Part shown: positions 47,801 through 57,300 of the stretch, piece by piece | Layout: the number at the start of each line of letters is the position of its first letter | How positions within the stretch are numbered: position 1 is the stretch's first letter | DNA from: Balanoglossus misakiensis | Lineage: Eukaryota; Animalia; Hemichordata | DNA length: 64,000 nt | Assembly (NCBI GenBank): GCA_040954595.2 | Contig: CM082594.2 | Location: 698,147 to 762,146, forward strand | Direction of reading: 5' to 3' | Position numbers and translations under genes: made by a program | Notes under the pieces: generated by a model | The model's database searches: none | Told to the model about the DNA's origin: nothing | The model's input: the letters and a program-made list of their open reading frames with translations, nothing else

Positions 47801-49865
47801 ATGTCATTTTTAGAAAAAAAAAAATAAAAAAACCCTTTATCTTCGAATTTGGTGCCCTGATCATATATGACATGTTGATTGTATGTTAAAACTTTCGACC
47901 ACTCCAAAAATGCAGAGATATTGACGGAATTCAAGAAAAAATAGCCATTTTGGCCATATTTTGACAAAAATGGTAAATTTTTAAAAAATCATAAAAAATT
48001 AACTCTTTTCTTCATTTTCGGAAATATTATGGAGCATGAAGTGTCGTTCTCTTGTAAAAAGTGCTGCAAATTCCAGAAAAGGCGGTATAATTTGAATCAC
48101 CCAAGACAAAATTACCATTTTCGACTTTTTTTCGAAAAATTGTCTTTTTTACAAAATAAATAAGAATTAATTCTTTTCTTAGTTTCAAACGGGTAGAGAT
48201 ACTTTCCACACGGGTTTTCTAACATTGAATTCCCGTTCATCAACTCAGATTTCCTACAGCATAAGTCGGCTAAAACCCTGAGACTTTAGAGCAGAAACAG
48301 TTGCACACTGGTAACGTTGAACAAGTCGATTTTTCTACGGCCTGGCTCGGCTAAATCTCCGTCACAATATGACAGACACTATCGTACGTTAGCAACGGTG
48401 ATCAAGTCAGATTTTCAACGGCATGGGTTGGATAAAGCCCCGGCACTCTAGAGCAGAAACACGCGTACAGAGACCACGTTGATCAAGTCTGATCTCCTAC
48501 GGCTTGGCTCGACTAAAACCCCGGCACACTATGACAGACACTAGCGTTCGTTAGCAACGTTGATCAAGTCAGATTTCCTACGGCATGGCTTTGCTAAAGC
48601 CCTGACACTCTAGTACAAAGACGTTGGCTAAGTCGGGCAAACCGAACAGGGAAAGTCACAGCGGGTCAACACTCGACATTTGTTCCGGTAGGACTGCATT
48701 ATTGCCTGTCAATTTATAGAGAAAGCCCGAATTTAACCAGGGCGTTTCAAACACCGACGTTAGTTGGGGGCACGGCCTGCAGTACTGCCGGGTAAGCTGA
48801 CATCAGCGTACCGCATATAATGTAGGGGGGGGGGGAACAGAACGGTTAAATACTACATTTATCAGATATCAGCTAATTTTGGACAATCATCTAAAATGTA
48901 AATCATCTTTTCATATTTGGATATCTGATGATGTATGAAATTTCCAATATATGTAAAAATGGTGCTGATTATAAAAAATGCACTCTGAATGAGCTGATTT
49001 AATACAAAATTGCGTTTTATTCGTTTTTGCACCAAAAAGGTCATTTTTAGGCAAAACATTCTTTATTTTTTTAATTCGGTGACCTGATCATATATAAGCA
49101 ATTGCTTGCATGTTAAAAGTTTTTATGACTTTTAAAAGCAGTGACACTGGCGGCATTCAACACGAAAATAACAATTTTAACCACAATTTGGTCAAAATGG
49201 TAAATTTTTGAAAATTACAAAAAATACCTGTTTTCTACATTTTCGGAAATCTGATGGAGTATAGAATGCTCTTCGTATATATATATCGATACAAATTCCA
49301 CAAAAGACCGTCTAATTTGGCTCACTGCAGACAAAATTGCGTTTTACCAAATTTTCCTTGAAAATGTCATTTTTAGAAAAATAAAATAAAAAAAACCTCG
49401 TTCTTCGAATTTGGTGCCCTGATCATATATGATATGTTGATTGTATGTTAAAACTTTCGACCACTCCAAAAATGCAGAGATATTGACGGAATTCAAGAAA
49501 AAATAGCCATTTTGGCCATATTTTGACAAAATGGTACATTTTTAAAAAATCATAAAAAATAAACTCTTTTCTTCATTTTCGGAAATATTATGGAGCATGA
49601 AGTGTCGTTCTCTTGTAAAAAGTGCTGCAAATTCCAGAAAATGTGGTATAATTTGAATCACCCAAGACAAAATTACCATTTTCGACTTGTTTTCGAAAAA
49701 TTGTCTTTTTTACAAAATAAATAAGAATAAATTCTTTTCTTAGTTTCAAACGGGTAGAGATACTTTCCACACGGGTTTTCTAACATTGAATTCCCGTTTA
49801 TCAACTCAGATTTCCTACAGCATAAGTCGGCTAAAACCCTGACACTCTAGAGCAGAAACAGTTGC

Positions 49866-50126
49866 TGTTGAGGTGCGGTAGCTCATTGCGTCCGGTGCAA
49901 TATAACGAGAGGAAGCGATAGCTTGTTTTCTGTACAGTCACTTACTTTATTTGTCACCAACACATGTAGTGGATGAACACATCACTGACCAAGTCTGAAC
50001 TGAGTTGCACACCCACAAGAGCGGAAAAAACCCACCAAGCTTACATAACGAAAACATGCATAATGAGACTATCATTTACATATCAAAGAAAGTGACCATC
50101 TGGGTAAAGTTCAGTTTACTCCAACA
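49866..50126 (-). repeat. Copia 3' LTR (261 bp)
   Basis: Exact direct repeat of 54103-54363. Confidence 0.96.
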
Positions 50127-50133
50127 CCCCCTC

Positions 50134-53100
50134 TTAAACTGAACTTTCTAAATTTAACACATTCAGTTTACTTTTTGAAACTGGTTTGGTAAATACATCA
50201 GCCACATTACATTCGCTTTCAATGTAAGTTAATACAATACGACTGTTGTGGACTTCATCTCTAAGGAAATGATATTTGATGTCAATGTGTTTTGACCTTT
50301 TACGATACACTGGGTTTTTCGCAAGTGCGATGGTACTCTGGTTGTCAACGAATATTTCAGGTGTTTTCTCTGTGTGGCCATGCATGTCTGAATATAACTG
50401 TCTCAAGAATTTTCCTTCTTGGACAGCACTGGCTAATGCAATATATTCAGCCTCGCACGTGGATAAAGCAACACACTGTTGTTTGCTACTTTTCCATGAG
50501 ATAAGTGGTCCACCCTTGCTTAAGGAAAATGCATAACCTGAGATACTTTTTCTATCATCTGAACCCGCCCAGTCTGAATCACAGTAACCTATTAGAGTTG
50601 GTTCAGTATTTGATCTACAGTATTTCAACCCAAAGTGTTTAGTACCCTTTAAATATCTCAGCACATGCTTTGCCATGCTCAAATGCATTTCTGTCGGCCT
50701 GGACATAAACTGGGATAATTTTGTCACAATAAATGAAATATCTGGCCTTGTTGTTGTCATTAAATAAATTAAACTCCCAACTATCTCTCTATACAACCTT
50801 CCATCTACCAGCTCTGGTGATGGTTCATTCATGGCTTTACAAGCGCCTGGATCACAAGGTGTACTTTTGGGTTTACAATCGCTCATTTCAAATCTCTGTA
50901 ACATATCATTAACACTTTTTGTCTGTTTCATTACAATACAATCTTTACCCCATTCAAATTCAACTGCGAGAAACCATGATAAAACTCCCATATCTTTCAT
51001 ATTGAATTTCTGATTCAACGATGCTTTACATTCTATTAAAGCGGTATCATTGTTGGCTGCTACAATGATGTCATCAACCCAAATAATTATGATGATCTTA
51101 TTACCGTTACTCTCTTTTGTGTACACACAGTAGTCGACTAAAGACTGTTGAAAACCCTCATTGATCAGATGAGTGTGTAACATCTGGTTCCACATTCTAC
51201 CACTTTGTTTCAGGCCATACAGTGATTTCTTAAGTTTAAGGACCATATCTTCCTTGTTACTAGTTACATAACCATCTGGTTGTTCCATATAAATTACACA
51301 GTCAAGGGGAGCATGTAAATATGCTGTCTTAACATCCATCTGATGTACAGTAAGACCTTCATTCATTGCTAATTGCATTAACATTCTTACTGATGTCATC
51401 TGAGCTGTTGGTGCAAAAGTTTCATGATAATCAACATCTTGTTTCTGAGAAAAACCCTTAGCAACAAATCGTGCCTTATATTTCTCAGTACCATCTGGAT
51501 TCATTTTAATATTATAAACCCATTTACCCCCTACTACATTTTGGTCTTTTGGCAATTCTACCAAATCAAACGTATCATTCTCTCTTAGTGATAATATTTC
51601 GTCATCCATTGCTTTCTCCCACTTACGTTTATCAGGTGAATTAACAGCTTCCTGATAAGTTTGAGGTACATGACACATTTTGTAACAATAATGAATATAT
51701 TTCTCATCATCTTCCATGACTGTTACATAATCTTTGAGATACTCTGGCCTTCTAGAAATTCTTATAGGTCTAGTCTTAACCTCTCCTTTCTTTTGTGTTA
51801 CATCGTCCAAGTTTTCTTTACTACTTGAACTCGAAATTTGACCATCATCTGGTATATCCCCCTTATCAACACCCTGGGCTTTAATCTCTGTGCCATCTGT
51901 GACATCTTTCCTGAATATCACTTCATCATCATACACATTCCCGTTATCACTTAACTCTTGTACAAATTTGACACATCTTACTCTTCTTACAGAATTATCT
52001 TCTTTAAAATACACCAAGTATGCCGGGCTGTCTTTGTCATACCCAACAAAAATACCCTTCATACATCTCGGATCAAGTTTTGACTTAACTTGTACATATG
52101 CATAACACACAGATCCAAATGGATTCAGATTACTTAAATTAGGTTTCTTGCCTGTTATACATTGGAAAGGGGTCATTCTTATCCTATGATTATAACATCT
52201 GTTTCGTGTATAGGCGGCAGCCATTACTGCATATGTCCAGAACTTCTTGGGAAGTTTGGACTCTAACAACATACATCTGCCCATTTCAAAGAGTGTACGC
52301 CAACTTCGCTCTACTGTACCGTTTTGGTGTGGCGAATATGGTGCTGAAAACTCCTGACAAATTTTATTCTCAATCATAAGAGATCTAAATTTGTCTGAGG
52401 TGAATTCAGTCCCGTTGTCACTTCTCAGCCTCTTAATCACACCATAAGGTGCACTCTGAGCCAAAAATCTTTCTGTGGCGATAATGGTATCACTCTTATT
52501 CTTAAGAAAATACACAAAAACTGCACCCGAATAATCATCGGTAAAACAAAGAGCATATTTGAAACCATCTCTTGCAACAGGATCAATTGGCCCTGCTAAA
52601 TCACAGTGTACAAACTCCATGGGGTTGGTGGCACGTTTATCGGCAACTCTATTAAACGTTTGAGTCATTTTGCCCTGAATACATGTATCACAATCGAATT
52701 TTTCTTTATCGCTTATTATGAAACCTTTGGATACACCCTCTAAACTGATTATATCTTTAATATTACAGTGGCCCATTATTTTATGCCAATCTTTCAGTGA
52801 TCTAGATGCAGTTTTACAGGAGACTTTGTTCAAGAAATACAATCTTCCATCTTTCTCAATATCAAACGTAGTGCCTTTTACTTTCATATGAGCACCATTG
52901 GGGTAAAAACTTACTGACGCCCCAGTACCTGTTGCAGCTTGAACAGAAAAAATATCTTGTTGATAGGATGGTACATACAAAGCATTCTCTAGAATATAAT
53001 CGTGAGATCGGCCATTTACATCATACAAAGCAACTTTCGCATTTCCTCTACCCTTAACAACATCATTACTCTGGCTACCGTCCGCCAGCTCTATCGTGTG

Positions 53101-54123
53101 TTTTCTGCTATCGAAATTTGTCTCGAAACTTACAAATTTGAATTTATCCTTAATTATATGAGTAGTTGCTCCACAATCTACTAACAAACTATGCTGCTTA
53201 GCTTCAAAATTACATAAATTCTCATGACTTACAGAAAAACAAAATGAATGTTCGTCCGCATCTAGCGCGTCTTCGTCTTTACTTGTCTTTGCCGCGTCTC
53301 TGTCTTGCCTCTGTCTTGTCCTACGGCATTCTCTCGTCATGTGTGTCGTGGTTCTGCAAACTTCGCACCACTTCTGCCCTTGTCTACATCCGTTCGCTTT
53401 GTGTCCGATCTTGCCACATCTGTAACATTTTATCCGTCTCGTTGAACCATATCTACCGTCGTTGCTGGTCCCCCTCTGGTTGTGCATCTTCATGACACCA
53501 TGTTGACTACCGCCGTCCCTAGAACCACCTTCCGTTACCTGGGTACCTTTATCGGTTTCTTCATAACTTTTCAATGCCATCTTGAACTTTGTGAAGGTTT
53601 GTTCCGTCTCAGCCTGTGTTGTGACGGCAACAAAGGTTCTGAAGCGTGAAGGAAGTCCCTTTAGTATCATGGCAATTAAAAGACTGTCACTGATTTCTTC
53701 TCCTGCCCCTTTAAGTGCAGTGGCTGCATTTTCCGCCCGTATCGTATAATCTGTCACGTCTTCTTCATCTCTCATTGACAGTGTAGTTAGTTCGTTATAT
53801 AGTGCTATCACTCTTGGTTTGCTCTGCCCTAGATAATGGTTACGTAAAATCTGAAGTGCCTTACGTCCATCATTCTTAGAGTCTCTGATAATAAGTGATA
53901 TACTTTTATCATCGAGACATTGTATCAGTTCAGCGTAGGCATCATGATTCTTCTCCGGGTCTGGCGCACTTACGTCGCCTTCTTCGGGGGATATGACTTT
54001 CTCCAATTTTTGCAGTCGCATGTGCCCAAGGAACTTCACCTCCCATAATTCGTACTTCGACTCGTCACCATCAAATTGCAGCCGTGGCCTGGGCCCATAA
54101 CCTGTTGAGGTGCGGTAGCTCAT
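50134..54123 (-). CDS. Copia gag-pol polyprotein, 1329 aa
   Basis: CYRCGKIGHKANGC, CEVC....H....C; LVDCGATTH; WHKIMGH...CDTC, HCDLAGP, RSDNGTEF, NGTVER; QMDVKTAYL, LYGLKQSG, WVDD; YCDSDWAG, EAEY, ADVFTK. Confidence 0.97.
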   Translation of the reverse strand: MSYRTSTGYGPRPRLQFDGDESKYELWEVKFLGHMRLQKLEKVISPEEGDVSAPDPEKNHDAYAELIQCLDDKSISLIIRDSKNDGRKALQILRNHYLGQSKPRVIALYNELTTLSMRDEEDVTDYTIRAENAATALKGAGEEISDSLLIAMILKGLPSRFRTFVAVTTQAETEQTFTKFKMALKSYEETDKGTQVTEGGSRDGGSQHGVMKMHNQRGTSNDGRYGSTRRIKCYRCGKIGHKANGCRQGQKWCEVCRTTTHMTRECRRTRQRQDRDAAKTSKDEDALDADEHSFCFSVSHENLCNFEAKQHSLLVDCGATTHIIKDKFKFVSFETNFDSRKHTIELADGSQSNDVVKGRGNAKVALYDVNGRSHDYILENALYVPSYQQDIFSVQAATGTGASVSFYPNGAHMKVKGTTFDIEKDGRLYFLNKVSCKTASRSLKDWHKIMGHCNIKDIISLEGVSKGFIISDKEKFDCDTCIQGKMTQTFNRVADKRATNPMEFVHCDLAGPIDPVARDGFKYALCFTDDYSGAVFVYFLKNKSDTIIATERFLAQSAPYGVIKRLRSDNGTEFTSDKFRSLMIENKICQEFSAPYSPHQNGTVERSWRTLFEMGRCMLLESKLPKKFWTYAVMAAAYTRNRCYNHRIRMTPFQCITGKKPNLSNLNPFGSVCYAYVQVKSKLDPRCMKGIFVGYDKDSPAYLVYFKEDNSVRRVRCVKFVQELSDNGNVYDDEVIFRKDVTDGTEIKAQGVDKGDIPDDGQISSSSSKENLDDVTQKKGEVKTRPIRISRRPEYLKDYVTVMEDDEKYIHYCYKMCHVPQTYQEAVNSPDKRKWEKAMDDEILSLRENDTFDLVELPKDQNVVGGKWVYNIKMNPDGTEKYKARFVAKGFSQKQDVDYHETFAPTAQMTSVRMLMQLAMNEGLTVHQMDVKTAYLHAPLDCVIYMEQPDGYVTSNKEDMVLKLKKSLYGLKQSGRMWNQMLHTHLINEGFQQSLVDYCVYTKESNGNKIIIIIWVDDIIVAANNDTALIECKASLNQKFNMKDMGVLSWFLAVEFEWGKDCIVMKQTKSVNDMLQRFEMSDCKPKSTPCDPGACKAMNEPSPELVDGRLYREIVGSLIYLMTTTRPDISFIVTKLSQFMSRPTEMHLSMAKHVLRYLKGTKHFGLKYCRSNTEPTLIGYCDSDWAGSDDRKSISGYAFSLSKGGPLISWKSSKQQCVALSTCEAEYIALASAVQEGKFLRQLYSDMHGHTEKTPEIFVDNQSTIALAKNPVYRKRSKHIDIKYHFLRDEVHNSRIVLTYIESECNVADVFTKPVSKSKLNVLNLESSV
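54089..54102 (-). promoter_or_regulatory. Copia primer-binding site for the 5' half-fragment of initiator tRNA-Met
   Basis: GGTTATGGGCCCAG directly after the 5' LTR, the PBS type known from Drosophila copia. Confidence 0.85.
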
Positions 54124-54363
54124 TGCGTCCGGTGCAATATAACGAGAGGAAGCGATAGCTTGTTTTCTGTACAGTCACTTACTTTATTTGTCACCAACAC
54201 ATGTAGTGGATGAACACATCACTGACCAAGTCTGAACTGAGTTGCACACCCACAAGAGCGGAAAAAACCCACCAAGCTTACATAACGAAAACATGCATAA
54301 TGAGACTATCATTTACATATCAAAGAAAGTGACCATCTGGGTAAAGTTCAGTTTACTCCAACA
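54103..54363 (-). repeat. Copia 5' LTR (261 bp)
   Basis: Exact direct repeat of 49866-50126, adjacent to the PBS. Confidence 0.96.
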
Positions 54364-57300
54364 GTTGCACACTGATAACGTTGAACAAGTCGATTTTTCT
54401 ACGGCCTGGCACGGCTAAATCTCGTCACAATATGACAGACACTAGCGTACGTTAGCAACGGTGATCAAGTCAGATTTTCAACGGCATGGGTTGGATAAAG
54501 CCCCGGCACTCTAGAGCAGAAACACGCGTACAGAGACCACGTTGATCAAGTCTGATCTCCTACGGCTTGGCTCGACTAAAACCCCGGCACACTAAGACAG
54601 ACACTAGCGTTCGTTAGCAACGTTGATCAAGTCAGATTTCCTACGGCATGGCTCAGCTGAAGCCCCGGCACTCTAGAGCAGAAACAGGCGTACATTGACC
54701 ACGTTGATCAAGTCAGATTTCCTACGGCGTGACTCGGCTGGTGCACCGGCTCTATATGACACAGACTGGCGTAAGTTATCAACGGTGATTACGTCGGATT
54801 TCCTACGGCCTGGTTTAGCTGAAGCCCCGGCACTTTAGAGCGGAAACACGCGTACATTGACCACGATGATCAAGTCAGATCTCCTACGGCCTGGCTCGAC
54901 TAAAACCCCGGCACACCATGACAGACACTAGCGTTCGTTAGCAACGGTGATCAAGTCGGATTTCCTTCGGCCTGGCTCTGCAAAAGACCCGACACTCTAG
55001 TACAAAGACGTTGGCTAAGTCGGGCAAACCGAACAGGGAAAGTCACAGCGGGTCAACACTCGACATTTGTTCGGGTAGGACTGTATTATTGCCTGTCAAT
55101 TTATAGAGAAAGCCCGAATTTAACCAGGGCGTTTCAAACACCGACGTTAGTTGGGGGCACGGCCTGCAGTACTGCCGGGTAAGCTGACATCAGCGTACCG
55201 CATATAATGTAGGGGGGGGGGAACAGAACGGTTAAATACTACATTTATCAGATATCAGCTAATTTTGGACAATCATCTAAAATGTAAATCATCTTTTCAT
55301 ATTTGGATATCTGATGAAGTATGAAATTTCCAATATATGTAAAAATGGTGCTGATTATAAAAAATGCACTCTGAATGAGCTGATTTAATACAAAATTGCG
55401 TTTTATTCGTTTTTGCACCAAAAAGGTCATTTTTAGGCAAAACATTCTTTATTTTTTTAATTCGGTGACCTGATCATATATAAGCAATTGCTTGCATGTT
55501 AAAAGTTTTTATGACTTTTAAAAGCAGTGACACTGGCGGCATTCAACACGAAAATAACAATTTTAACCACAATTTGGTCAAAATGGTAAATTTTTGAAAA
55601 TTACAAAAAATACCTGTTTTCTACATTTTCGGAAATCTGATGGAGTATAGAATGCTCTTCGTATATATATATCGATACAAATTCCACAAAAGACCGTCTA
55701 ATTTGGCTCACTGCACACAAAATTGCGTTTTACCAAATTTTCCTTGAAAATGTCATTTTTAGAAAAATAAAATAAAAAAACCTTCGTTCTTCGAATTTGG
55801 TGCCCTGATCATATATGATATGTTGATTGTATGTTAAAACTTTCGACCACTCCAAAAATGCAGAGATATTGACGGAATTCAAGAAAAAATAGCCATTTTG
55901 GCCATATTTTGACAAAATGGTACATTTTTAAAAAATCATAAAAAATAAACTCTTTTCTTCATTTTCGGAAATATTATGGAGCATGAAGTGTCGTTCTCTT
56001 GTAAAAAGTGCTGCAAATTCCAGAAAATGTGGTATAATTTGAATCACCCAAGACAAAATTACCATTTTCGACTTGTTTTCGAAAAATTGTCTTTTTTACA
56101 AAATAAATAAGAATAAATTCTTTTCTTAGTTTCAAACGGGTAGAGATACTTTCCACACGGGTTTTCTAACATTGAATTCCCGTTTATCAACTCAGATTTC
56201 CTACAGCATAAGTCGGCTAAAACCCTGAGACTTTAGAGCAGAAACAGTTGCACACTGGTAACGTTGAACAAGTCGATTTTTCTACGGCCTGGCTCGGCTA
56301 AATCTCCGTCACAATATGACAGACACTATCGTACGTTAGCAACGGTGATCAAGTCAGATTTTCAACGGCATGGGTTGGATAAAGCCCCGGCACTCTAGAG
56401 CAGAAACACGCGTACAGAGACCACGTTGATCAAGTCTGATCTCCTACGGCTTGGCTCGACTAAAACCCCGGCACACTATGACAGACACTAGCGTTCGTTA
56501 GCAACGTTGATCAAGTCAGATTTCCTACGGCATGGCTTTGCTAAAGCCCTGACACTCTAGAGCAGAAACACGCGTACAGAGACCACGTTGATCTACGCAC
56601 ATTTCCTACGGCGTGACTCGGCTGGTGCACCGGCTCTATATGACACAGACTGGCGTAAGTTATCAACGGTGATTACGTCGGATTTCCTACGGCCTGGTTT
56701 AGCTGAAGCCCCGGCACTCTAGAGCAGAAACAGGCGTACATTGACCACGTTGATCAAGTCAGATTTCCTACGGCGTGACTCGGCTGGTGCACCGGCTCTA
56801 TATGACACAGACTGGCGTAAGTTATCAACGGTGATTACGTCGGATTTCCTACGGCCTGGTTTAGCTGAAGCCCCGGCACTTTAGAGCGGAAACACGCGTA
56901 CATTGACCACGATGATCAAGTCAGATCTCCTACGGCCTGGCTCGACTAAAACCCCGGCACACCATGACAGACACTAGCGTTCGTTAGCAACGGTGATCAA
57001 GTCGGATTTCCTTCGGCCTGGCTCTGCAAAAGACCCGACACTCTAGTACAAAGACGTTGGCTAAGTCGGGCAAACCGAACAGGGAAAGTCACAGCGGGTC
57101 AACACTCGACATTTGTTCCGGTAGGACTGCATTATTGCCTGTCAATTTATAGAGAAAGCCCGAATTTAACCAGGGCGTTTCAAACACCGACGTTAGTTGG
57201 GGGCACGGCCTGCAGTACTGCCGGGTAAGCTGACATCAGCGTACCGCATATAATGTAGGGGGGGGGGGAACAGAACGGTTAAATACTACATTTATCAGAT

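Larger units (their letters stand above)
49866..54363 (-). mobile_element. Intact Ty1/copia LTR retrotransposon, identical 261-bp LTRs, 5-bp TSD GTTGC
   Basis: LTRs 49866-50126 and 54103-54363 (TGTTG...CAACA, no difference seen); TSD at 49861-49865 and 54364-54368; PPT AGAGGGGG; single ORF in PR-IN-RT-RH order. Confidence 0.98.

Noticed and set aside
11501-54363. flamenco-like uni-strand piRNA cluster
   Set aside because: TE orientations are mixed (CR1/L2, second BEL and Tx1 on +; gypsy and copia on -; first BEL on both).
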